From positions 130,510,001 to 130,574,000 of the forward strand of contig NC_042998.1 of assembly GCF_006345805.1 (NCBI RefSeq): 64,000 bases of DNA. Reading direction: 5' to 3'. This stretch comes from Octopus sinensis (Eukaryota). The translations under genes and the position numbers were made by a program. This document shows positions 38,752 to 52,906 of the stretch, in pieces. Position 1 is the stretch's first letter; each line of letters starts with the position of its first letter. The notes below the pieces were generated by a model, which did no database searches, was not told the origin of the DNA, and saw nothing but the letters and a program-made list of their open reading frames with translations.

Positions 38752-40059
38752 TCACAGAGTTGTGCTTGGGCTCATATTTTCGTGCGCACATTAGAGCAAC
38801 TTTTCACTCTATTCGATGATTTCCCAATATCTTTGTCTTATAATGCTATTATCTTTCTTTCCTAATTATTCTCTTACCGTTACTTACTTTATTATCTGTT
38901 GACATCTGTCTGCCATCCACAATTGTCCACTCATTATACTACAATAATTATCTCTTACTTCCTCTTCCTCTCTCTCTCTCTCTCTCTCATTCTATTTTAC
39001 AGTTCTTACAATTTGTGTTTATCTTTCCGAGAATGTTCTTTTTCTTCCCTCTGTTTCTTTTTTTCTCAGCATTATACGCCCTTCTCTTTCGTTCAATCTA
39101 ATCCGTTCCTCGTTATTTTTTCTGTTACCGCTAATCCATTACCCACCATTTTTAGTTTGTCTTTCCTCTTTCTCGCAAAACCTCTCTTCCTCTACCTCTA
39201 TCTCCTTCTCCTCAGTATCGGGAAACTTTTATCCATTTCTCTCCTACCGGCTGCATTTTCTTTACTGTAATTTCGTATCCTTAATATTTCTTCTGTTTTC
39301 CAACTTGCGCTTGAAATTTCTTCTATTCAACTGTAGTCGACTTTCACTTATAATCTTTCACGTTCTCTGAAAGAGTCTTCCAGCCGTCCCTCTCTTTGAA
39401 AATCTCTACTTATTTCTCGCTTGCGTAAATTCTCTGTCTCTCTCTGTCTCTCTCTCTCTCTCTGTGCTTATTACTCTTACTTTCCCACATATTTTTGTTC
39501 TCTACTTTTTAATTTACAATTACTTTCCGGATCTTTATTCACCATCATCTCACTTTTCTGCCAATATAGATCTCATTTCTTTCTGCCTATCCGTTTATCT
39601 ACGTGTATATTTTTGGTTCTCTCATGCTGCACCAGAAGTAAACGGCAAAAATCAACCGATGTTTAAATATTTTTCCCCCTGCCACCCTCTATATCATACT
39701 ACAAAGCACAAGACATTGAGTACGAGAAACCTTACAAATACTCTTTAATCAATTCCGTTATTACAAGTGTATTGAAATAGCGCTTCATCATAATTTCATC
39801 TTCTTTTCAATAACTGCAAAATTTGATTTCTTTAAAAGGTGTCTAAGTTCATATTTTTATTTATTATGTTTATTTCATTTGTTCTTTGTTGTTTACTAGA
39901 CATCAAAACCAAAAAAAAAAAAGAAAGAAATTTCATTGCCCCAAAATGTAAAGCGTGAAAAATACAAATGAGTTTTCATTGAAACTCAGATGAAAGAGTG
40001 CAAATAATATATGAATCTAATTTCATTTATTAATAGAATTATGCATTTTTAAATAAGGA

Positions 40060-40250
40060 AACAATTGGGTATGATCTAGAAGTTAATTATACTAGAAAAA
40101 AGTGTTAAGACAGGAAGTATTTCATCGAGAATTCAACAATGATTTAAAAGCTCCGGACTAAATGCAGAAACAGATGGTCTGATTTTAGCTGCACAATATC
40201 AATATCAAACCACAAAATATCTATTAGAAAGGTAATTAAACAAGTGTCTA
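40060..40250 (+). mobile_element. R4/Dong-like LINE relic
   Basis: LK.SGLNAETDGLILAAQ matches the LKPETDALICAAQ motif at 14.8 kb. Confidence 0.55.
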
Positions 40251-40299
40251 ATTTTAAGTGTAGACGATGCAATCATCAGCTTCCCTTTTCCACAGGCCT

Positions 40300-41150
40300 G
40301 TGTGAGAGCTATAGGTAGAAATGCATTTGTTTTTATCATGTGCTCCAGCTCTGCAAGCCTCTCATCTAAACATACCATGTATAGTGCTTGCTTATTAAAA
40401 AATAACTTTACACAATATAAAGCTGATACATTCTTCAATGTTCCATTGTTATTTCATTAATCTGGGTTTTGGTGTTGCTTGCACCAAAAGTATAGTTAAA
40501 GCCGTTTATAGAGATGCTAGTATACGTCGCTGGACATCGTTACTTCACTTAGGCTACTCTCTGATTTGTAAATGATAGTAAACTAGAAACTACAGCATAC
40601 CTACTTTTCACCTCCTGCTATTGTCCATGTTTATGTCTCTAATGTGATCACTCCTTTCTTTACTCTCCAGCTTCTTGTATTACTATTGTAAAATCTCATG
40701 TACACTGTTAATAATTGACGAAAATTGGCTTCCTGCGCTGCCTACTTGCCTGATACATTTCCTCTTTACATCTTCAAATGATTAAATCCAGCAGGTATTT
40801 TTGACGTGCTCAGTGATAAGGAGGACCGCATATTGTTGCATGTCACCTTTTTGTACTTGCTCGTGCTATGCCTCAAAATTGACTGTGCACTAGGGTAAAC
40901 ACCTGTGCCGATATATCTTACAGTAATCCTTGCGATTCATATCTCCATATAACACGGCATCATCTTGCGAGCGAATATCCTCGAACGAGCTACGCCTGTC
41001 TTATCATCTTGTCGCTAGTCTTAGAGTTCAGGCACATACTTCCACTGACCGAGGCTTTGTATCAAGGACACATTATGCCAGAAACAGGCTATGATTTCTT
41101 CTTACTACATTAGGAGAGCCTACTTGGTTTTGTGATACAATGATATGTCA
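40300..41150 (-). mobile_element. Possible very old RTE-like LINE 3' relic
   Basis: GC-richer block with a VLYGD-like remnant only. Confidence 0.25.
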
Positions 41151-41759
41151 ATAACCTCGTAGGTCTTTCCTCGATTAATTCTTCAAGTAAAAAAGTTCTG
41201 TATTTTGTGACACACTACTTTTAATTCTTTTATTTTTCATTGTTTATAATGCAGCTGGATTGATTCAAACATTCAGATATGGCTCGTGACTCTTGTGAAG
41301 CTTTGTGCGACAGCGCTATCTTAATTTTTGTAATTTTGTCTAAATGTAAATAGCTTTGTCTTTTGTAAAAGTAAAATATTTGTATTTAAACTTTGCCTGT
41401 TCAATTTCAATTGTCAATTCTTTATATTTTATTTTTAATGTTCTGTTTTCTCAAAATGTTTGTGATATTTAACATATGAAAGAGCAAACATTGTTTCTAA
41501 CGTTGTGGCAAAAGCTCTTCCTGCTCCTCCAGATGAAGACACATAAAATGGGGAGTGAATAATATGTACAAATAAATAAATAAATAAATAAAATTTGAAA
41601 TGGTTCATACTTCTATAATTTCCGTGTCCATCAACTAAAATGTAATTCAATTCTTCAGTGCTTTGGAAGTCGTTTCAGAGCAAGAACAACAATGACACGA
41701 ACAATGCTAACAACAGATACAACAGCAGCAACAACAACAACAATAATGTTAATAATCAT

Positions 41760-41910
41760 TTCTACTGTAGGCACGAGACCTGAAGGATTAAGTCGATAAG
41801 TTCGACCACCAGTACTCTCCCCGAAAGGAGGAAAAGCAAAGTCAACCTCGGCGGAATTTTAACTCATAACATAGCAACAGAGAAAATACCGCTAAGCATT
41901 TCACCAGGCG
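41760..41910 (-). mobile_element. tRNA-derived SINE with Meta-domain-like centre
   Basis: Plus strand CCCCGAAAGGA.GAAA.GCAAAGTC.ACCTCGGCGGAATT is the reverse complement of a GCCTTTCATCCTTTCGGGG-type domain. Confidence 0.65.
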
Positions 41911-42149
41911 TACTTTTTTTTTTTGGTTACTCTAAATATACGGGAGAATAGTCTTGTCTCAAGGGTTGAAGGAATTTTTCAGCCATGGTTGATACACCTT
42001 CTAGGAGTATATAAGATATGCAAATATTAAAATCTATCTGTTTCTTTTGGTTCCATCCATATACTGAATATAGAATACTGGGTTGGTATCCAGTGCGGGA
42101 TACCTCACCTTATTTAGGCTTAAGAGTCAATGGCAATTGACAATGTAAA

Positions 42150-44555
42150 CAGAAGCTGCCATTGCAGAAACGCAGTCCAACAATGAGATCAGAAATCATT
42201 GATATTGTTAGAAGGAAAAAGAGAGATGTAATTCGGAAAAAAGAAAAGTATGATGAGTTTGGGAGGAATTGTAGGGTGAAGAAAAAGGAATTCAAAGTTG
42301 TGATAGGAATTAAAACTGAGACTGAAAGCTAAAGTTCATAAACTGAAAAAGATACGAAGAGAGAATTCAGCAGTTTTTGATCAAAACCAGAAACTGAATA
42401 GAAAGAAAAAAATTGAAAACTCTGACGAGAGCAAGAGATTTTGGTCGAACATATAGTCTCAGGAGAAACAGCAGGAAGTTGGAGCAGAGTGGTTACAGTC
42501 TCTCGCAGTGGAGGAGGGTATCAGCAGGGGAATTTGAGAATCACTGAGAAATCGTTTGGAGATCTGTGCAAGAAATGGCATAACTGGAAAGTACCTGATT
42601 TGCATTGAGTTCAGGACTATTAGCTCAAGAAATTAACTGTACTACGCCAAAGATTTGCGAGCCATATGGTCAAAATGATAAGCAATAAGTCAAAATGCTG
42701 GCCTTGGTGACAAAAGGTAGGATAGTATTATGTGAGAAGGATCCTTATAAAAGAAATATGGTTGGAAATATTTGATCAATAGTTTGTTTTGCCACTTATG
42801 TGGAAATTGATGGGGGCTAAATTTCAAATCACATTTACAATTATCTTGACGAGGGCAAATGCCTGCCAACGAACAAAGAAGGTTTAGACGCAAGAGCTGA
42901 GGGATTATGGTTCAGTTGATACTAAATAAGACTGACTTGGCTAACTGCAAGAAGGGGCACCAAAGTTGGGCCATGACATGGGAAGACTACAAGAAAGTCT
43001 GTGATATGGACCCCACACTCGTGAATTATCGAGTGTCTTAATCTGGCAAACGTTTTTGATAATATTTGGAAATGTATACGAGACTCAACGATAATCTGCA
43101 GAACTGGACTCACACATGTTTTGATATGCTAGGGCAGGTAAATATTGAGTTCAAAATTTAGTTCAAGGCCAGAAAAGTCTGGGGAGATGGATATTTGGCT
43201 ATATCCACGCCGTTGTTCAGCTTGTACTATTTTCTCAACCACAATAGGATGAAAGGCAAAGTCTATCTCGTCGAAATCAGGACAGGTAAATATTGAAGGA
43301 GGAATTTTCCAATGATCAACCTATCTCCCTTACTATTTATCCTCTACATGATACCCGTATTGGGTGTTCTAGGAAAGGTGTGTGTAATGAGTACTGTAGG
43401 CAATGCAGAAATAAAAGACTTGCTATTCAAAAATGACCTAAAGTTTTTTCAAAAGAGAAAATGTTAGTTTGATGTCAACAGTTCGGGTGATTAGCAAGGA
43501 TTCGGGGATGGAATTAAGGATCAAGAAGTATGTTGTAATGGTGATAAAAAAAAAGAAGGAAGGTTAATAAAAGCCATGGAATCAAGCTGGAATATGGTGA
43601 AACTATTAAAGTAATAGAAGTATCCGAGTATTATTTTGAGTAAGATAAATGAGGTCAAGGGGAAAGAAGTTTGAAAAAAAAGTATCTGAGGAGGACAGGA
43701 CTAAGCTAAATGTGCGCAACAGTATCGAAAAGCTTGGCATGACAAGAAATCGTATAGTCAGTTCTTGAAGAATAAATATGAGATTGATTAGATTAAGACG
43801 TGGCAATGACAGCAGACTTAAAAGGATGTACAGAGGCATTAGCTTACTGTGAGCAATATCATGAACGAATTACATCAAGTACCAAATAGAAAAATGCACT
43901 GACTCACGATAATGCAGTATATGTCCTGAAAAAGGAGAAAGCATGAGGTACATTGTCAGTGAGTGCAGTGAACTTGTAAGGCGCGAATGCAAAATGGGAC
44001 ATGGCAACGTGGCCAGATATTTACACTGGCAGCTGTGTGATAAATGATACGTTAACAAAGCCGCTTGATGCTATGGGCTCAAGCCAGAGGGGTGTTAATC
44101 CTCTGGGATATTAAAAGACAGTATCACCAGGTAAGAGAGTCGAGACGGCCAGATATTTTGCTCATCGATAAAGATGAAAAAGAGATTAAGGTAATATATT
44201 TTGCGATAACAGGTGATTCGAAGGTGGAAGAGGAAGAACTAGAAAAATGGAGAAATACCAGCAATTGAGGAGGGGGGCCAAATAGGAAACTTTGGTGTAT
44301 GGTGTATGACGTAAGTGATTGTGATATCCTTGTAATCAAAATATTTTGAGCAGTCTCAAAGAGGGTTTGAGAAGCATATTGAAAATACTGGAGTTACTGT
44401 CAAGCTTGAAGTAATCCAGGAAACACATTTCTTCTTATAGTAAGTCTTGTATTGTTCAGAGCGAGAAGAAACACTTACTTGAAGCCTTTGGTAATTTGTT
44501 ATTACCCACTTTCAAGTAAAGTAAAACGAGTAAATATGTTCTATGCAAGTGGGAG
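42150..44555 (+). mobile_element. Degenerate R4/Dong-like LINE (RT, CCHC, REL) with a nested SINE fragment near 43230-43290
   Basis: YLPLMWKL, DYKKVCD..PHS.II, CPEKGE..HIVSEC, RRPDILLIDK..VIYFAI..EELEK remnants; 3' UTR similar to 52530-52600 (minus). Confidence 0.75.
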
Positions 44556-44697
44556 GAAGAAGAAGAAAAAGAAGAAGCAAAAGAAGAAGAAGCAAAAGAA
44601 GAAGAAGAAGAAGAAGAAGAAGAAGAAGAAGAAGAAGAAGAAGAAGAAGAAGAAGAAGAAGAAGAAGAAGAAGAAGAGAAGAAGAAGAAGAAGAAGT
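44556..44697 (+). repeat. (GAA)n tail
   Basis: Directly visible; explains the poly-K/R ORFs. Confidence 0.95.
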
Positions 44698-44840
44698 GAG
44701 ATCCAGTGAGTCATTTGCCACTATCTCCTGTTTCAGAGATGTTCTTGTGAATTCTTACCTGTAAAAATAACCAATAAGTACATTTTCATATACTGACGGT
44801 ACATTTTCATATACCGACCCATAACGAGCAAGATCAGTAT

Positions 44841-44881
44841 ACTAGTTTAGTTTCGCTTGAAATTACAAGCTCATCAGTAGT
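44841..44881 (-). ncRNA. Hammerhead-like motif lacking the cleavage-site U
   Basis: ACTA CTGATGA GCTTG-taattt-CAAGC GAAA ctaaac TAGT. Core and stems I/II are perfect; the NUH triplet is missing. Confidence 0.55.
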
Positions 44882-46003
44882 GGCTACTTCCTTGCTGGAA
44901 GGTTTGACAAAATCTTGACTGTCAATATATATATTTACCGTAGGAATTTATGTTTGATTTAGCAAAATGCTAATGTTAAAATTTTAAAGTAATCAAGGCA
45001 ACAATACGCAATAAAAAACCAAAAAGGAAAAAATTTAATTGTCACTAATCGTGACATTAGAGTGTCATTTGGCACCAATATTGCGTGGAAGAGTATAATG
45101 TATAAGTGTGATGAGGAATTCTATGTATGAAATAATAATATTTATATGCTTTTAATTTCTAATCGTTAAAATGCGGGAATATCTCTTTCACCTTGTGTAA
45201 TAAACCGTTTGATACTAATATTTCAGTAGTTCCACGAGCGTGTGACCGAAACTAACTACTTTAATGCCTGTAGGGTTTCGTTAACCCTAATATAGTACAA
45301 TATATATTTAATTTGATAGTTATACATTTGAGGTTCCCAAGATATTGAAGCTAACTATCTAAACTGAAATTACTCAAGGAATGCTTATGCGAGGTATAAT
45401 TTATTTTGAAATATATTTAAAGAAGAAACGATTCTGTCTAACTATTAGTTAATTTCTATATGGAAAATACTTTTGAGACAGTAGCGTTTAAGAATATATA
45501 AACTGACAATTGTAAAATGACAATTGTAAAATAACATTAACTTTTTGTGTTCTTCACAAAATGTGACTATTATGAAATTATATTGGATTTCCAGTTGTTT
45601 GCAGTAGATAAAGATCACACTCGGTGTCATATATTTTAGATGCTATATTTATTTATTATATCACAATTTGATAGTGTAATTTGAGTTTCGCCAAGTATGT
45701 ATTGTTCTTAACTACTAACCTTGGGCAAATCACAGTGTATATTGACGAAATTTAATGCTATAAACATGTCTGCGTTCATTTCTTCGCCTGAATAAAATAG
45801 ACGCCTAGACGAAGAACCACCTGATATCTATGGATATTAGAGATGGGACTTTAATTATACCAGGTATGCGGACTAAGGTCACAAACATCTTGCCATTAGT
45901 GGAAACGTCCGTTGCGAGGCATTAAACTATTTATGAAATTCATCTATGTATTATCATCATCATCATCACATTACTATTGTTTTTATTATTATTATTATTA
46001 TCA

Positions 46004-46087
<84 letters not shown>

Positions 46088-46149
46088 ATATCTATATATA
46101 TGCGTGTGTTGCATAATGTAGCAATAAGTATTGTAGAAGATGTGCTTTT

Positions 46150-46410
46150 AATTAAATTAAAACTGAAGCTGACTGGGACGAAATCTAAGCAGCACCAGTG
46201 GTGGAGACGATCATAAAAACAAAGACAACACACACCACACACACACACAGACAAACACACACACACACACACACACAAGCTAGGCTTCCGTATAGTTTCC
46301 CTCTACCAGCATTCGTTGTATTTGGGTTATTGTAAAAGAACTCGCCTAAGGTGGTGTATAGCGGGTTTGAAATCCAAACAACATGATGCAAAAGCTTCTT
46401 AACAGCGCGC
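46150..46410 (-). mobile_element. Degenerate SINE related to 17325-17700
   Basis: Decayed tRNA head at ~46360-46410, internal (CA)n, similar organisation. Confidence 0.45.
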
Positions 46411-46752
46411 GCAACAATTTCCGTAAATATATATAGACATATGTATAGATAGATATTGACGTTTTATTAACATGTCAATCAAGTTAAAAGGCCAGCTCAC
46501 ACATACACATACACTATATGTATAGACGTCTATCTAGAGCATATAGGAATCCACTTTAGGGATCATCCCTCTTATTAATTGTATTAAAATTTTTAAATAT
46601 TCGGATTTTTTTAATATGCTAGCCCACTGGTTTAGATTAATGTTAATTGATTGATATCAATTTCTACACTCATTATTTAATTTCATTTGGGTATAGGTGT
46701 AAATGTATATCATACACACACAGATACACACATGAGCACCAGCACAAACACA

Positions 46753-46796
<44 letters not shown>

Positions 46797-49700
46797 GGGT
46801 ATATATGTGTGTGTGTGTGCGTGTGTATATATATATATGTGTGTGTGTGTGCGTGTATATATATATAGGACAGTTAATGTTGCAAAACCTCCGAACGGTG
46901 TGTTTCCACATGAATAATAATCATAATTCTTATCATGAACGTAATTATTCCAATGCTTATAAATTTTCTCTATCAAATAGGTTATGCTAATAATTTTAAC
47001 TTTTCATTGCTCTGTCATATCAGCTGATGTTTCGTTAAATAGCATTTTAATTCACTAGAATTAATATCTTTCGACCTGAATACACTATAAGCATGATAGC
47101 TTTGTTTGAAATGCGTAATGTTTTCCAAGATTGTATTCCAATATTCTTTTAGTTGAATCATCAATCATAATACTCCAAATTTGTATTTTCAATAATTCCA
47201 CTGTTCCATTATATCAGAAAAATATACTTTTCGCCTATTGCACTGTTGCAAGTTTCTCATCTTATCTGATGTGTGTGCGTGATGGTGCATACATATGAAT
47301 ACGCTCAAATGTGTATCTGTGTATATGTGAAGACATTTAACTTGTCTAGCAAAGTTATAAAGAAATCAATTTATACATACCTATATATACATGTAGTCCA
47401 ACACACACAGACCCACACACACTCACGCACACACAAACACACACAATCACATATATAGGGTATATGTATGTGTGCGTACATATAGTCTGTATGTATGTGC
47501 TGGCCTTTTAACTTGTTTGGCATATTTATATAGCGTTCAACGAATGCAACCGATATAGCATGTTTGATGTTTTCTGTATAATCATGCCACTAAGTACAAA
47601 TCATTTCCGAAAATTGAATAAACATATATAAATAATTCAGCATAATAAAATATAAAGACATTTGAGCATGAAAGAAATTTATCGATTTCTTTTCACTTAT
47701 TTTTTTTTAGTTAAGAATTATCGAGATATATTATATTAGTGTTCAATTCAAGTATTTTCTATATATTATGAAAGGAAGGAAAATATTAAAAAAATGAGAT
47801 AAATGTTATGCATAAAGATTATGTATCAATGGATATATTATTATTAATGAGTCAATAAATCCCCATTCGTTTTATATGTACACCCACACTCACACTTACA
47901 GACAAAAAATCAACAAATTTTTCTAGTACAGGGACTATTTTCAAAATATAAATTACTGTACTTTTGTGTATGAATATGCGCTCGTGTGTGTGTGTTTGTC
48001 GCAGTTTTAGTTACCGCAATAACGGTTTTGTAATGCTTTTATAAAACATATCCTATGTTCGTACGGACATAGATATATAAAATTGCATCTTTTAAATGTT
48101 CAGTACGAAATATTTTTATTGAGGTTTATTGGCAATATCAGTGTTATCTTGAATAGGAAGCGGTTTTAAAATGTTATGCATAAATAAGATCTGATGCTCT
48201 AGTGAATATAAGTGGGTGCAATCAACAAGAAAACTAGGTGCAATTTTCAATAGGAAACCTGAATATCGTCATGTAAATTGTAAAAATATAATACCACAAA
48301 GAAACAAAAAGAGGAAGTGTCCATTTCTGTCTTCGATGAATTAAATCCAGTGTTGCAATTGAAGCGAAAATTAATTTTAAATGTTATTCTCTAATTTAAA
48401 GGCTTCAGACATTTCCGACACAATCTACCCCGCAAAACAGACAATAATTATCATATTTTGGTGTGTGAGTTTTTGTTCATATCAATTATTCGTTATTCCT
48501 GTGTCTCTTATTTGTATCATCATAGAAGTCACAATATTCGATATAAAATAAGATTTCAAAGAGCCGGTTACTGATATTTGACAAATGCATTCAATGCAAA
48601 AAAAAAAAGCTAAAATGAAATAAATAAATTAAGAAATAAAAAAAATATTTGAATATAAAAAGCATTATTTAGTATTTGCGTCTGAATAGCTAAAAGCCCT
48701 AAAGAATTTTGTTCGAGAAATTCAAAATTCTAAATCAACTAAAAATCGTGAAAACAGCATTGTTTTCTACTTCACTTAAATTATTATTTTCTAGTTATTA
48801 TTAGATCAAAAGTAATAATCAAGAATAGAATTTTACAGAAGATTTGTAATATAAGATTTCATTTTTTTCCATGTTCTATTTGGATTTCAGAATTTAGAGA
48901 GTTAGTTGGAAGGAGACCTTTCTATAACGGAAATCATTTGATGAGACATTTGGGAAAGATTTGGTACAATGAAAGTTTTTTTTTACTTGTATAGTTGTTT
49001 TTGAAATGTTTAGTTTTTGTCAATCTGATACTGAGAGGCAGTGAAGTATCATTAAGTATTGATGAGAACAAAATGGATAATTTTCAAATGCTATATTCTT
49101 TGTATACTTTTAAATATAAGAAGACAATAGTATCTAATTTTAGAAGTTTGGGTCTGCTTTGCAACGTTAATAAGTACAAATATCATGTAGGTGGAAAATA
49201 CTATTCACAAGCAAACCAAAAAGAAACAAATAATATGTATGTATTTAGTTAAATGTACACCAAATATTATAATAAACTATATTTTGATATTTTTTACTTT
49301 AGATATTAACAGAATAATTTAAATAAGCAGAGAATATCGAAAATTAGTCGGAAACAAATGAAATCTAGCAGAATTTATTCTCATAATTGTGTTAGAATAC
49401 TGCGATGTCAGCCTTGCATTTAATATTAAGAACAAGGAATTTAACTGCAGTTACTTCAATTTCTCCAAAGGCCAGGCATTTCTCCTGAAATACATAATTT
49501 TGCGCTACTTGCTAAAACTAAGTGAATAATAATATTAGTGAATTAGCTACGGCAAGTGTTGTCACATTCACTTGTTAATGCACATGGTTATTTAATTCAT
49601 CTTTATTACAAGATCTATTCATTAGAATTAATAAATTATATTTTAAATTGATCAACGAATACATAATACGCTCTTACAAACCCCAAGAACATTAACTACG

Positions 49701-50794
49701 TAAATAGGCAAAATATTATTAGTCACAAATACTACTATACCTCCAAAGAGTCAGATCCCTAAGTAAAGGCCATCACGTTACTGTGGTTGTTTTCTCGTTC
49801 AGGGACAGAGAGTTTTCAAGGATCGTAAATAGTGTAGATATCTAATATTTTCACAAGTGCTAAAATAATATCGTGAGTCAGTTGTTTATGTTATTTTTCT
49901 CACACACCTATCTCGAATTAAAATTTTTTAAATTTCGCAAATTGTATTAGTCTGTATCATTAAAACATTTGCAGCCTCAGCTATAAAACAAGACCCTTTT
50001 GTTCTTTTACTGAAGTAGATCGGATTTTGATACAATAGGATACAATGAAAATTTCCTGAGAAAAATTGTTCGCATAGTATATTAAGTTCGATTATTCAGT
50101 GACAATGCATAGCTATAGGCAATGTTACTAAAAAACTAAGTAGATCTGAACGGTTAAAACTTTGCTTCTGAATCCTGAGATCCTTTATTTCATTACAATG
50201 GCTTATTATGATAATAGTAAACTGATTTAGTCATAGTCTTCAGTTCGACAAAATCATGGGAGAAAACATTGGATCAAAAGGAAAATGTATGGAACTACAT
50301 CAAATGGAATATGCCTGGATAATGCAGGTCCGATCTAGTGACATGTTATTTTGCTGAAGATTAAGAGTTAACATAAGGACATAAATTTCTCTTAAAATAC
50401 TCATCGACTTATGTTGTTATATAACGAGTACGTTGTAATATATAACGATTACATTTATATAACGAGAAAGTTGATTGAAGAAATAGTTTCACTATCATCG
50501 GTGGAGAATAATCGAGTTTCAGAATGTAATTTAATAAGAAAGCAATTATTAAAGATGCCCATCAAATTTCCTACTCATAAAAGCGCGGATAGCGTTCATT
50601 GCACAAGGAGAAGTAGATCGATTAAACAAAATATCTTTTCATAAATTTACAGTCATTTGAACTGAAGACGCTGTGGAAATTAATTGAATACTACGTGATG
50701 TGTTTTCTGTCACCCTGCTGATCCAAACTGCAACTTATGTGAAAGAATAATGTAACATTTTAACACATATCTGATGGGATATTAGTTCCGGTGG

Positions 50795-50945
50795 GATACT
50801 CGTTCTAATTCCGCCATGGTCGACTTTGATTTTCATCCTTTCGGGGTTGGTAAAATAAGTACCAACTAATCACTGGAGTTGATGTAATCGATTTACTCCC
50901 TCAGCGAAATTGTTGGGCTTTTCCAAAATTTAAGACTATTAATTA
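50795..50945 (+). mobile_element. SINE fragment with Meta-domain-like centre
   Basis: GTCGACTTTG.TTTTCATCCTTTCGGGGTTGGTAAAATAAGTACCA. Confidence 0.7.
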
Positions 50946-50949
50946 TTTA

Positions 50950-52195
50950 TTTTGTCTCAGGTTTTGTTGTAACTCTTGGTGTCATGCATGCGTAGTGGGC
51001 TTGCTCTCTGCATCCTACAGTGTTCTCTTCAACAATCTGTTCTTTTCAACTATCAAATAATTTCTGGTTAATCTGGTCGTGCCAAGAAGGCAAAATTTAT
51101 GTAACAGTTCTACTATGCATTCTCTTCCAATTTCCACTTGGTGCCTTCTGATACTGTCTTCAAGGACCGAACAATAATGGGCACAATCTTCGATTTCTTC
51201 ACATTCTATAGCTGGGTTATTTCGTACTTAACAGGATTGCATATGTCTATTTTTCGCCTTCCTCTTTCACTATTTGTGGGTCAAATGGGTACGCAACATC
51301 AATATGAGGTGCATCTTATCCACCACCTTTAGATCCGGTATGTTATGCTCTAGCACCTAATCTGTTTCGATTGGGAAATCCCGGAGGATTTTTTTAGTCT
51401 CCGCCTCCGTCCCTCCCTGAGGTTTGTGGTCATATCCTTTCTTGTCTCTCTGGCCTCCACTTTTCGCACAGTTTTCAATGTAACAGTTTCGCAACCTCAT
51501 CGTGTCGCCACAACCTGTAGTGGTTTTGGACAAATCTAGGGCATTTTGCACACCTAGAGCACTATTACACATGTGGCACAGTAAAGACATATGCTCATTC
51601 CTAAGGTTGATCCTCCAATATGTGCCCAATTCTTGGTCTTGCGTTGCTGAGGATTAAGAGTTAACATAAGGACATAAATTGTTCTTTAGTATTCAGCTTT
51701 GAAGCCAATATTTTTCTCACACACCGCAGGGACTCTTTCTTTGCCTTTTATTTCATATCGCTGTGTTTAATTCCATCTGCTTCAAGTATACCCAAGTATT
51801 TTTTAATTGGATTCAGGTTCAATTGCCTTCCCCATTTCACCAATTGGCATACATATGCCTTCTGTACTGACAAGCTTTCGTCGTCTTATTATCACTGTAG
51901 CACATTTTGAGAGTCCAAACTCCATCTTGATATCATTCGAGCAAATCCACACAAACTTAATTAGGCTGTCAAGTTCTGTTGTATATTTTTGTGAACAACC
52001 TCAAGTCGTCCACGAATAACAAGTGGTTCAGTTTTCTCTTACAGCTTCCCAAGTTACACTGCATCTTTGTCTTCTGTAGTATTTCACTTAGGCGGATCAC
52101 TCCCAGCACAAAGTTCAGTGGGAAGACACTGTCCGCCTGGAATATTTCTCTCTTAACTTTCACCTCTCCTAATACTTCATTCCCGGCTGTCAATT
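50950..52195 (-). mobile_element. R4/Dong-like LINE RT fragment
   Basis: EVKVKREIFQADSVFPL..NHLLFVDDLRLF (GIFQGDS / F.DD motifs). Confidence 0.8.
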
Positions 52196-52199
52196 CAGT

Positions 52200-52207
52200 T
52201 TTCCACC

Positions 52208-52241
<34 letters not shown>

Positions 52242-52273
52242 TCATCATCGTCGACGTCGTCGTCGTCATCATC

Positions 52274-52371
<98 letters not shown>

Positions 52372-52424
52372 CATTATTATCATCGTCATCATTATTATCA
52401 TTATTATCATTATCATCATCATCA

Positions 52425-52503
<79 letters not shown>

Positions 52504-52520
52504 CATCATTATTATTATGA
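52200..52520. repeat. Compound triplet repeat (CAC)(CAT)(CGT)(CAT)(TAT)n
   Basis: Directly visible; similar compound arrays at 52865-53045 and 53590-53760. Confidence 0.95.
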
Positions 52521-52860
52521 AAGATTCTCGGAGAGTGCTTAAGTACCGGTTATTCTTTACTTGCAAGCAGGCAATAACAAATCACCAGAAGCTTCAAGCA
52601 GTGCCGTCTCTTTTGACTCAAAGAGAAAATATTCTCCTTAGAATACGAGCTGTACCCAGCAAGACTGTCTTCTGGATCACCTCGAACCTGACAGCAGTTC
52701 CAGTATTCTTAATATGTTTTTCAAAGCCCTTGGAAACTGTTCATAATGCTCCAATTGCCACTGGTGTCACCATTACCGTCGTCATGCCCCATGGCTTCCC
52801 AATCTCGTCCCGCAGTTGCTGGTATTTCTCAACCTATTCTGTTACCTTACATTTCACACT
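52520..52860 (-). mobile_element. 3' end of an R4/Dong-like LINE
   Basis: KYQQLRDEIGKPWGM..PVAIGAL..VIQKTVLLGTARILRRI, then 3' UTR and (TAA)n. Confidence 0.8.
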
Positions 52861-52872
52861 CGCTTGTTATTA

Positions 52873-52906
<34 letters not shown>

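Noticed and set aside
44759-44810. Signal-peptide-like first exon of a host gene (MKMYLLVIFT)
   Set aside because: It sits directly downstream of an HHR-like motif, so a PLE pLTR origin is more parsimonious; no phase-1 partner exon was found.
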